Source of the DNA: Microbotryum violaceum
Lineage: Eukaryota
DNA: 64,000 nt
Reading direction: 5' to 3'
Assembly (NCBI GenBank): GCA_001244265.2
Contig: CDLV01000009.1
Location: forward strand, 992,001-1,056,000
How positions within the stretch are numbered: the first letter of the stretch is position 1; each line of letters starts with the position of its first letter. A model generated the notes under the pieces. That model made no database searches. It was not told the origin of the DNA and was given only the letters and a program-made list of their open reading frames with translations. The position numbers and the translations under genes are program-made. Of this stretch, positions 24,964-36,124 are shown one piece after another.

Positions 24964-27900
24964 TCAAGCCGTCAGGTCGAAGCTCTCGAACCCATCAAAG
25001 TTGGCCCCGTTGAAGAACAAGGTGTAGTCGACGAACTGCCCTTGATCCAGGACAGCCGATCCGAGAGAATTGGTCGAAGTCGCGAACAATGCGTCGATCT
25101 CGTCCGACGTCATGGCTCCAGCTCTAGCTCCGGCCCCGGTTCCGGTTCCGTTGACTCCCACAGTCTCCGAGCCAGTGGAGGCCCCATCGTCCAATGTGTA
25201 GAAGCCACCACCCGTGGTGCTGCCGAGTTTCGAGATCGGATCGGAAGCCTCCAAGGTCGCAGGGTTGAAGAAGATGGACGAATCCGACTGGTGCTCCGGT
25301 GATGCGACGAACGCACCGGACGGAGTTGGGTCCGTTGCCGTCGACTCGGTGGCCACGATGCCAGTCGGTGCCGGCGTGGACACTGGCAGAGAGGTATCTC
25401 TCATGACCGGAGAGGGCGTCAATGGCAGCGCGACATTGGCCGGTGTAGTCGCCGGGGCGGTCGAGAGAGAGCGTTTACGTTCGTTCGGCCCGCTCCTCGG
25501 AGGTGGCTTCGCAATTGCAGCAGAGGCAGCTCGAGGCTTCTTGGGTGCGGCCGAAGCTTCCTTGGCCACTTCTCGCTTCCGCTTCGTGGTCGTCGTGTTG
25601 CTTTGTTTGAGCGCCACGGGAATTGATCCTGGCGTCGTGGCCGAGGTCGTCGCGTGCGGAGAAATGCCGCTTGTCGTCTGAGTCGGCGTTTGCATCGCTG
25701 GCGAAGTGACGTATTGGCTAGGTGTCTCGGGTGCCCCAACGAGTCCATTCGCGCCGGGAGTCGCCGCAGGCGTCCTGGATCCGCCGACACTTGCAGAAGG
25801 TGTTGACGCATTCCGGAGCGCGGGCGCGGGCATCTGCCCTTCCCAGTGGTGCGCTTGCAGTTGCGAGCGAGAAATACCTTGCTGCAGCGCAATAGTCGGA
25901 TCGACCGTCTGTAGACGCGGTGTTGTCGAGGAGGGACGCGAGTTCCCGTTGACCCCGTTGCCTTGTTGGGCCCCCGGAGTAGACGAGGGTGCGGCGTGGG
26001 GACTGGCTGCGTTCGTCTTGGCTGAGGGCCCGTTGAGGTGATTCGGGTTAGGCAAGGAAGCCATGCGGCGGAACGAGGCAGATGCCTGATCAGCACTTGG
26101 GTAAAGTGAAGAGGGTTCTGGCGTAGGAACAGGCCCGACGGGCTCATAGTTGCCGCCGTACCGGTCGGGTCGCGCTGGGCTGCCGTAGCTGCCCTGAGCG
26201 CCGTTCGCGTACGGGGACGAAGTATTGACCGCTAGCGGTGGTTGATTTTGCTGTGCCTGCGGGTCATTACCGTTGATAGGGCCCCCTTTGGCCGCGACAA
26301 ATCGCTTCGCAGGAGAGGGCGGGTTGCTGTTGACACCGATCCCCGAGGGATAAAATTCTGCCGCATTCAACTGCATCGTGGCGCCTGGCCCGGTCGGAGG
26401 CGACCGCCGGTTCGCCAACATGATCCGCTGCTGCTGCAGAGCTAAAGCTTGGGCTTGCGACGATAGTTCAGCAGATCTTGCGACGGCTGCAGTTGCATGA
26501 GGATACTGATGGCCCGGTGAGGGACCGCCGACCGGAAGTGGGGAGGGCCCGTGTTGTCGCTGGTTCTCCATCTGTGATTGAGCTTGCGCGTGCGAGTGGT
26601 ACGCACTTTGCTGAGGTAGCTCCGGGTACGCAATTTGTTGATGTTGCTGCTGCGGCTGCTGTTTCGACATGTGTGGCTGGTCTGGATGATGTTGAGCCCC
26701 ATTGATCAGACCCTGACGATCACCCGAGTACACCGCGGCTGATCCGTGCACCTCCATAGCCCCATTGTGCGCATCGAATCGCTGCTGCTGCTCGGAAGGC
26801 TGCGGGTAGGCCGGTCGCTGCCCTTGAGGTTCCAACCCAGCGTGTTGCCCACCTGGCGCTGGCGCCGACTGCGAAGGGTGCGGATCCCTACAGCGAGTGA
26901 AATGCCGAGGTAAGTTCAGTCGGCAAGCCCGTGATTCAACTGGACTCGGTCTCGTCAGACTTACTGCGCTGGAGTGGGTCGATGGCTCATCTGCCTCTGA
27001 AGTGGACCCGGAGGTTGCGTCTGTTGCATCTGCGTCTGATGCGGTCCAACCATCGTATTCGCCATGATCCCCCGCTGCTGCGGTAATTGACTGGCTTGGC
27101 TGGCGTGTATTGTCGCGTGTTGCTGAGGCGCTGCACCTCCCGGTGCCGAGTATGCGTTCGAGTTCGGTCCACTGCCTGAACGGGGCCCACCTTGACCTGG
27201 ACCATAGGAGCCACCAGGAGCAATGATGATCCGTTGCGGCGGCGGCGGCTGCCTCCCCGATGTCGGATGGGCAGCGGACGCACTTGGGTGCGGTGATGGC
27301 TGGCCTGCAAAGCTGCCCTGGTACTGCGCCGGTGGCTGCTGCTGCTGGTACTGTTGCTGCTGCGGGCCAGGTGGCACTGCGTTCACTCTTCGGGGCGATT
27401 GCTGTTGGGAGTTCACAGGCGTCGAACCTCGCTGAATATTCAGACCCCAAGTCAAGGAAGCAGACGGCGTGAGCTCCCACTGTCTCGAATCAGACGTGCT
27501 AGTGGATTTCACTGCTCACCGGTGGTCCACTACTGTTTCTTATACCGACATCGATCGCATGGTGGGACATGTCGACCAGTCCGCGCGACGACAGTGCGCC
27601 GTTGGGCCCAGCACGTTGTCGAAAGACCTCGTAAAATATTGTCCACCACCTGCGCAAAGACGACTCGGGTCAACAACTGGGGCCTCTAGTCAAGTACACA
27701 TGCCACGAAGGCACTCACTCAAACAGAAACCCGGCAGGCGACTCGATTCGCACGTTCGCTTGAGGAATTGTCCGGGGGTCGATCCCTGGCGAATTCCCGG
27801 AGGGGTCCGATTCGTGCATGCGACCCTTCCCCTTGTTCGATGCGGGATGAAGTTGACCCGGCCCGAGAGGTCTGATTGGTGTCGTCGGCACGTCGCGCAA

Positions 27901-29367
27901 GAATGCATGAGCGGCCGTGTGAAGACCGCTCTTCTGGAGGTAGTCAAAGATGTAAGAGCTGCGCGGAAAAGGGGTGCAATGTCAGCCAGGATGAAGACGT
28001 AGAACGGATGAGCGGCCGAGACCCGAAGGCAAGGGAACGCACTGGAAAATGGGCCGTAGATCGCCAGAGCCTAATGGGGCAGATTGTTGAACCTGGGCTC
28101 GAGCTTGCTCTGAGCTCGGGTGCGAGTTGGGATGGTGGGGCTGGGACGGCGGTTGAGCCTGGGGTGGTGGCCGCGGTGATACGACGAGACTGGCCGATCG
28201 TGATGTTGCGGCCAGTCGCCCGTCCCGCTCGGTAACATAACTGTTGTCGTGATACCGCCTATCTACCGGAGAGACCGGCCGGCCCCAAGACTGAGGACCC
28301 GCCGGAGAACCAGGCTGCAGCCGTTGTGGTTGTGCTTGTTGCGGCTGCTGGACTGGCTGTTGCTGCTGCAGCTGCGGAGGCTGATGGTGAGACGCATAGT
28401 GCGGCGACGAGGGCGGTTGGAACTGTTGTTGATGCTCGTGCTGAATCTGATGGTACTGCTGCTTAGCTGGGGTAGGCGAGGCACGCGTCGCGTAGGACGA
28501 TGGGCCAGCTGCGGCGGAGGGACTGTTCGGGCATGAATGACCCGCTGGGTGTAGGTGAGTTAGAGGGTGGTGCTGCTGTTGTTGTTGCTGCTGTTGCAGC
28601 TGCATCTGAGAACCATTGACCATGGCGACACGTTGGAGCGAAGGATGGACCATCACCGGACTGCTGTGGAGCGAGCGTGCATCACCCGATCCATACGAGC
28701 CATGTGGTGGGGGTCCGATGCCGTTGCTGCTCGACGCCTGAGCCCGAGCCGGAACGGCAGTCGAGGGTGACACGAAGGCGGGCATACTCGAGATTCGCTG
28801 TTGATGCAACTGCTGCTGCTGCTGCTGCTGCTGCGCATGGTGTTGTTGTTGCTGTTGTTGCTGTTGTTGCTGTTGTTGCTGCTGTTGTTGCTGTTGCTGC
28901 TGTTGCTGCTGTTGTTGCTGCTGTTGTTGCTGTTGTTGCTGTTGTTGCTGCTGCTGCATCGAGTGATGAGGATGGTTGGCATGCCCCTGATGTGGTGGTG
29001 TGTACATGCGTGGATGAATCATCGATGGCCCTCCTGGCACGGGCACTTGTGGCTGGCCGCCGGTCGTCGCGTAGCTGCCAGTCGAGATTGGCGCAGAGCC
29101 GGGGGGACCAGCCGGTGCCACGCTCGAGCCGTACGGTTGCGGTATTTGGTAGGCACCTCGGGGGTGGTGCTCAAGATGCTGAGGATGCTGGGGGTGCTGA
29201 GCGTGCTGCGGATGTTGTTGTTGCTGTTGTAATGGCTGCTGCTGCTGCGACGACAGCTGAGGCGGTTGCGACGACTGCAGGTGCAATTGCAGCTGGCTGG
29301 GTCGCAGCGGTCCTGAACGGCCTGAACCCTGCGGCGGCGGATCCGAGGCCGTATCCCCGCGATACAT
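24964..29367 (-). CDS. Gln/Pro-rich LUFS (LisH + SSDP-like) transcriptional regulator, Flo8/Som1/SSDP/LEUNIG-like
   Basis: Exons 29367-28043, 27958-27719, 27649-27520, 27431-26965, 26887-24964. Splicing gives DLRPIFHSYIFDYLQKSGLHTAAHAFLRD (LisH) and ESPAGFLFEWWTIFYEVF (LUFS motif). Basic NLS-like TKRKRE/PKKPR near an acidic C-terminus. Confidence 0.85.
28843..28956 (-). repeat. Coding CAA/CAG trinucleotide repeat encoding 38 consecutive Gln
   Basis: 114 bp of TTG/CTG triplets on +, in frame with the LUFS gene. Confidence 0.95.
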
Positions 29368-30760
29368 GCCTCCGAGCCCTCGACGAGCGACCGGCACTCG
29401 AGCCACTAGGTAGCTGCAGCTACCGGCTCTTGGCGGCTGTCGCGCAGATGGAGAACGACGAGTCGCACAAGGTCCAAACACGCGGCCGAAACACGATCCG
29501 AAACAGGTCGGTGGGAGCAGCACGCCGGAAGTCAAGCCTCGACTGCCTCGTGAGTCGTCGCATCGAGTCGCTCACGCAGGCGCCCTCCGGAATCTCATTG
29601 GCGCGACAAGACACTAGTCCGATAATCAATCGTGGCACGGGACGATCTTTTTCCGAAACTGGTTCAACATCTCATATTCTTCCTGCATTCACCAATGTCA
29701 CGTACAGTCGCGGCCCTATTAACCGTGAGATTCCCGCCGCATGCCGATTCTCGCGACAAAACCTGGATAATGAAAAACTTGCGGAGCTCCGAAAAACGGC
29801 ATTTTACGCGATCGGTACGGCCTGACCCGCGGCGGAGGCATTAATTAGGTGAGCGGAGTACCTCCTTAAAATAGGAAGTACTCGCCTACTGGTTCAAGCC
29901 CTCATAGGTACACAGGCAGGTCACTTTGCACCGACGTTACACGCCTCCGCGTTGTGGCTCGGCTCAGAACAGTTTCTCCCGAATCGGTTCGAAATACGCG
30001 CCTAGACCCGGCGGGGCGTCAAGGTCACGCGCCCCTATTCCGATCGTGGAACGTTCCATCGCCTATCTCCGACGCGGCCTGGCCCGACCAGACCTGATCA
30101 TTCATGTTTCTACTACAACGGAGGCCAGCTCCCACACCCTCGCTAGATCTGGCACCTTCACCTCTTGTGCATGAATCTACCTCGTGCACGATGGCTCAAG
30201 TTACCCCAAGCAGGGTAGTCTTCCAACGGTCCTCGCGGATACCGAAATTCTTTCTGTGGAGAAAAAAAGACCTGACAGAATAATGTGCACGAACTGCAAG
30301 GATTTTCACTTTGAGAGGTATCAGCTATAAAGTGGAATCACCTATAAAAGTAGGAATCAGCCAAATTTCAAACTCATGGCGGACTGTCCAATAACTGCTC
30401 GGTGCGGAGCGGTCGAGTCGAGATCGAGTGATAGATAGCTGAAAATTCGAACCGAGGCATGCCGTATGAAAACGATCATTCTCTTCTCTTAAGACATGGA
30501 ACGTGAACTCGAAACCATTTACACACACACACACACCGACCGGAGGCGCGCAAGCAAGCACGGGTTGATATCCGGATTAGAATAGAGAAAGGACAGATGA
30601 TTCGGATTCATTCCAGAACACAGGACAGCGAGTAAACAAAGGATGTAGGTGGTTGTGCGAGCAGAGTGCCTTGCGATTGTTTTGGTAGCGGTAGACAAAA
30701 TGAATAAGATAATAGATTGACCCCCCCCCCCCTCCTTTATAGACTCATGCGTGATTAGTC

Positions 30761-30862
30761 GACGCGAGAAAGTGGAAGACGCGAAAAGGTGGAAGACGCG
30801 AAAAGGTGGAAGACGCGAAAAGGTGGAAGACGCGAAAAGGTGGAAGACGCGAAAAAGTGGAA
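30761..30862 (+). repeat. 17-bp minisatellite (GACGCGAAAAGGTGGAA), 6 copies
   Basis: Four identical internal units; the first and last are slightly diverged; no spacers between units. Confidence 0.95.
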
Positions 30863-31338
30863 GGAGACGATCGGTGGAAAAGCAAAAGGACTGAACAAGA
30901 GGGGCCGAATGCATGGTATGACATGCGTGCAGCGAGCGGAGCAATTTTTGTACATGGATCGAGACAGCGACGCCAACAAACTCGAAAAACATGCCAAGGC
31001 GAACGAGAACGAGACGGGAAGCTTTGAGAAGGGGCCCAAAGGCGTAGAGTTGAAGCGGATGTAGCGGTTGCTGGCGAGGAACGTGGAAGAGGTTGACACG
31101 AAAATATGTTGTCGTGCGACTGGAGTGTCGCGAAACCGGGGGTCTTGCACTAGAACTCGTCTTGAGGAATGCTAGCTTGGGTTTGTGTGTGTGCTGGCTG
31201 CTGGTTGCGGTGGTGGTGGCGGGGTGGGGGTGGCGGCAGGTGTGGAACGAGATGAATGCGAGTATACTTAATTGTTTTATTCTGGACTTTGCGATGAGCT
31301 TGTGCGATTGCGAAGCTGAGACTGTCTTGAGACTGAAT

Positions 31339-34300
31339 CTATGCGTGCACACCGTTCCACCCGCTGCTCCACGGAGCGCTTCCACCATGGGCCGCACTGT
31401 CATCGTGGCCAGCGCCGTCGACGTTCCCATTACGAGACGCGTTTGGTATCAATGACGAGCTCAAAGAATGAAAGATTGGCGTGCCGTTGTGCGAGGATTC
31501 AGCCGCGAGCGAGCGCGGCGACACCGATGAACCGAAGCCGAGGTTGGCAAAGGAACCCTCCAAGCCGGTACCTGGCATTGGTGGAGGCATGGTCGTGTAG
31601 ACGCGGTCCTGATATTCATATCCGCCATATTGAGCACCATATGCTCCGCCTGCATTCCCGGCGCCGAAGTTCGGGTTGTACGCCTGCGGCATGGGGGGCT
31701 CGGCGTATTGACTGAACGAACTGAATCGTTCCTGCGGTCGCATGCTACCCTCCGCTAAGTCTATGTTCGCATAGGGTGACACCGGTGCATGGCCCATGTA
31801 CGGGTCGGCTCGAGTCTGTGCGTAGGATGAAGGATTGAAGCTCCGCGCTCCGGATGGGGGACCAAACCCTGCACATCGGCGGATACACAACCGGGTCAGC
31901 TTGACGCGTCTAAGGAACGCCGGCACTCTGTCGAATACTCACCTGGGTTGCGAGTAAATTGCTCACCCCCATGTTCATTTCGATGCGCGCTCAAAGGCGG
32001 ACCTGCAGCACCACCGACCTGACTGCGACCTCCCATCAAGTCCAAGACTTCAGCCTCGGTCAAACCAGCAGCACTAGCGACGCTGGCGACGGCCCCTACA
32101 TCGAGGCGATCGCCACGGTTCGACTGTGGGTGAGCGTTGTAGCCCCCGCCGCCGCCAGAGGGGAGCTGTCGAGCTGCCAAATGCGATGACGGCCCATTGT
32201 GGTTGCTGCCGCTCCCAACAGCCGTGGTAATCTGCTTAATGGTCGAGTTGTCCTGACCTTGGACCATGCGCCAAACGGCTTCGAATGGCACCCCAAGCGC
32301 GCTCGCAAGCTTGCGCACGTGCTCGACCTGTTTGTCGCCCTGAGATCGCCCCCAGCTGAGGCGAATCCGTGACTTGCCGTGGATGGGGAAATCGTTCATC
32401 TTGGCGATGGCCAACTCGGCATCCTGGCGTCGCACGAATTGAACGAAACCACACCCTTTGCCGGCAGGAATCTTGCAGTACGTGATCTCGCCAAAGTGGT
32501 GGAAGAAGGACTTCAGCGTCTCCTCGCTGATGCACGCCGGCAGTCCACCGACAAATACGGTCGTATTGTTGGGGTCCGCAGGCGAAGAGCCAGGAGCGGC
32601 AGGGCCTCCGATGTTGGTCAAGAAGCGACGCTGCCCCTCGGGAGCACCAAGGTTGCCAAGCGAGGGAGAGAGGGGCTTGTTGGCACCCGCATAGGGGCTC
32701 GTTGCTCCCGACATAGGTCCGTTCGGGCTGAACGCACCGGAGAAGGTCGGCGAAAGAAAATCAGGATAGCTGTTGCTCGTAGCCGTAGGCGAGGCGAGAT
32801 CGTTTTGTGGGCCTGAGTTGTAGGACGCGTTCGACATGCCACCAAAGCCGGGTTGAATCGTCAGGGGTCTGGGCAGTCCACCATCACTGCTCCTCGAGCG
32901 CGTGCGAATGCGATCAAGCCCACTCAAGCAAGCACCAGTCCTGCCCTCTTGCCCTGGTCCACTAGCTTCACTTATTCGCAGTGTTCGTCCGTGCAACGAC
33001 AATCCACTTCCAGGGTTCTGGCCAATCAGAAGGGCCCGCTGCATATCTGATTCCTCGGCAAAGCGGACAAAGCCATAGCCGCGCGAGAAACCGGTCGAGG
33101 GATCGCACATGACTTTGGCCGACTTGGTCGAAGGGAAAATTGGAGTGAAGAGGTTCTGCGGATTCAAAGCCACCCAAGTTCAGCATTCAGTCAGCAAAGC
33201 CTGTCGAAGCGCTTGAGGGCAGACGACTCGTACAACGACTTACGACCAGGTCTGCTTCTCCAACATCTCGCCCCAGATCTCCTACAAAGACGCTGTGTTC
33301 ACCTGACCATCTCGGCTGCAATCCTGGTAATCCTGTGCCCCAGTTGAGCTTAAACATTCGACCCGAGCGAGGCATGAGCACGGGCGGCGAGGCGTTGAAA
33401 CGAGCGAGGACCTGTGCTGCTTGCGCCGCGGATACGAACGTGAGAAAGCAGTACCCCGAAGAAGGACTAAAAAAAGTTGAGAGCGGTCTATAAGCTTCAT
33501 GATCACAAAAATGTCAATCTCTGATAGGACAGCAACTCACCTCGAACCACGGATCAGTTTGATGTGTTGGACCGAGTCCCAACCCATTCGTGCGCAGCAC
33601 TCGCGGATGTAGGCTTCGTCCATCATCCAAGCGTCGAGTTCGCCCAAGTGTAGACTCGCGTTCGTCCGCGCATCACCGTTCTCCGCAAGCGAGGGCGTCG
33701 AGCCATGCGCATCGGAGTGTGCTGGAGGCGAAGAAAGCGGCTGATTCGACGAGTTCAGCGCGCCCAATGTCGGCGGTTGGAAGAAGGAGCTCGGCGCGAC
33801 GAGGCCGTTCGAGGTTGGAGACGTGTGCTGAGCAAAGTCCCGAGCCGAGGACGAGCCAAGGCGAGCCTGGGCCGACGTCTCGAGCGAGCGTCGCTCGTGT
33901 TCACGAAAGAGTGCCGCTCGCTCCTGGTGTTCGTTCGCATCCCCTGCCGAGACAGATGCATCTGAGCCTCGTTTAGGTAGCGAAGGCGTATGTCCGCTCG
34001 GTGGGCTCTGGTTCGACGAGTTGCCGCTGGGTTGGCCGGGCGGCGACGTGCCGTTGTTCAGGACGACCCCGTCCGACGCCGCTCGAGTTGTGGGATTTGG
34101 GCCCCAGATATCGTCATTCACGGTTTTAATGGACTGATCAGAGATGCCGTTACCGTGATTGAGAGCGTGGTATGGCGAGTGCGCCGAGTAGCTGACGCGT
34201 CGTTGCCGGTCGATGTAGTGATCGGAGGCCGGATTGAACGACCGGCCTCGAGCTGCTGGGGGCGGGCGCGCGGAGGCCGACGCCGAGCCCGTGCTTGGAG

Positions 34301-34535
34301 CAAACGAATCCGTGCTCGAGGGCGATACAGCGTCATAGGACGCGTCTTCCTCCTGCACTTTACCGCTGCTGGGGCGGGCAAACGATACCCTGGCCGTCAA
34401 GGAAGAATCCTCGGCTTGGACGTGGGGCGACGGCGGATGCGGCTCCGCGGGCGAAACGGGCGAGGTGAGCGGCGAGCCGGGGCCCGAAGGCGACAGATGG
34501 AACGACGAGCTCAAGGTGTTGAGCAGCGGCGCCAT
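31339..34535 (-). CDS. Three-RRM RNA-binding protein of the Nam8/Ngr1/Csx1 family
   Basis: LHLGELDAWMMDEAYI (RRM1), GYCFLTF, FKLNW, EHSVFVGDLG, SAKVMCDPSTGFSRGYGFVRF (RRM2), DPNNTTVFVGGL...GKGCGFVQF...IRLSWGRS (RRM3). Confidence 0.92.
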
Positions 34536-34692
34536 GGTGGTGGTGAAGTTGTGATGTCGTGTATCCACGGGGCCTGCCTTTATCGTGTGCAGATGTGGCG
34601 GGTCGGCTGGTGCTCACGATGAAGGTTGAATGTATGCGGAGCGACGAAACCGGGCGTGGGCTTGTTTATCACGGCGCGCTGGCCTCTCGCTT

Positions 34693-34750
34693 GGGGGTAG
34701 GAAGGGGGGGGGGGGGGGGGTTGAAGGGGGGGGGACGGGGGGAAGGGGGG
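34693..34750 (+). repeat. Clustered G homopolymer tracts (up to G17)
   Basis: Five G runs of 5-17 nt separated by short linkers, 160-215 bp upstream of the RRM gene ATG. Confidence 0.9.
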
Positions 34751-35507
34751 ACGAGGAGGCCCGGCCAGCAGCAAGCAACCGCGAGCTTAACGAACCCAAC
34801 GACGGTCCAAGACGATGTTGTAGAGTCTATTGGTTTCAATCTTGGGTCAGAATTTGGGTCGGGACGGGCTTGGGGCGGGCCGGCAGGGGTGCAAGGGACG
34901 TTGTATGCACGTACCACGTGAGGAGTCAGGTCCACAGGACAAGAGTCTCAGGGGAGGAAAGGCGTAGGGGCGGAGCGCCAGGTACTACTACGGTCGGCGG
35001 TGTCAAAGATCCAGTCGTCAATGTGATCGCGACTCGAGTACCGTATCGACCGATTGAGCTACAATCCAGGGAGCTGAGATCCAGACGCCGTGATTAGGAA
35101 GGGCAACAACGAGCGGATCCGACTGGGCGTCGGAGGGCGCGCATTGCGCTGCCGGGGGCCGTCCTGCGCTCTCCTCCACTGTCCACGCCGGGGCACGGGG
35201 GCACGGTCCAGGAAGCAAGGGCACGATCGAGCTACTAGTCGTCTCGAAGCTCACCTACCCAATCATTCACGATCTCCAGCGCGTGATTCAAAGAGAGAAA
35301 TGTTGATGTGCAGAATCACAGTGCTACACGATATTTTGCCTGGCCCAAGTTCACCATCCATGTCGTCTGAAAAGGAGTTTTCAGACTCGATCGGCTCGGG
35401 CGCGGCAAATAAATGAGCTCGAGCTCGCGTCGCTCGACGGGCCGTTGTGATCGAGTTCGCAACCGGGGCGACTCGGCTGACGATAGTGACTCCTTTTACT
35501 GCCGCGG

Positions 35508-35569
35508 TATCGCAGATACTAATATCGCAGATACTAATACTAACATCGCAGATACTAATATCTGCGATA
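35508..35569. repeat. 15-bp direct repeats (TATCGCAGATACTAA x3) followed by an inverted 11-bp copy
   Basis: tatcgcagatactaa tatcgcagatactaa tactaa catcgcagatactaa tatctgcgata. Confidence 0.85.
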
Positions 35570-36124
35570 GACTTGCCCATGTTGGCCGGCGACGATCGTG
35601 TATACATACCACTACCTTAGGCTTCTCGTCCTACAACTCCTTCAAGCAAAACGCCTGTTACCGAAACTTCAGTCACGCGTCGCCTGGATCCAGGCACGTC
35701 TCCAAACCGCCCGAAGTGTGACGAACTGGTACAGCAGGTCGGAGATGAGCTTTCTCGGATCTGCCACCATCCTACTCTTGACTTGTAAGAGCAAATATTC
35801 TTGGGAAAGCTGTGAACGTTCAACTAAGCCACAGTGGGGCACGCTGTAGCTGAAGTCAGCGCTGAGCCGGTGCGCGGAACGTCGAGAGATAAAGCCCGAC
35901 CACCTGATCAGAAGCGGGGCAAAAATCCAGGAGTCGGCCTTGCAGTGAAGCTGATCGATTGGTCTCTTCGTCTCCAGTAAGACTTAGGCCCTGGAGACCT
36001 GGAATCATAGCATGACATTTCGCACCCAGGACTCGGACCCTTGGGCACTGTACGCCTAATGACAGTCTACCCCTGACAGGATTCGACCTCTGGCACCTTT
36101 CCAGAATCGAAAAACTCGAACAAA

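Noticed and set aside
28677-29825. Plus-strand poly-Leu and poly-Val/Ala ORFs
   Set aside because: They are antisense shadows of the polyQ repeat.
30761-30862. CRISPR-like array
   Set aside because: Units are contiguous with no unique spacers, the context is eukaryotic and there are no cas genes.
30519-31430. 303-aa minus-strand ORF with repeated FRVFHLFASSTFSRLPP
   Set aside because: It reads through the minisatellite in the probable 3' UTR and shows no coding features.
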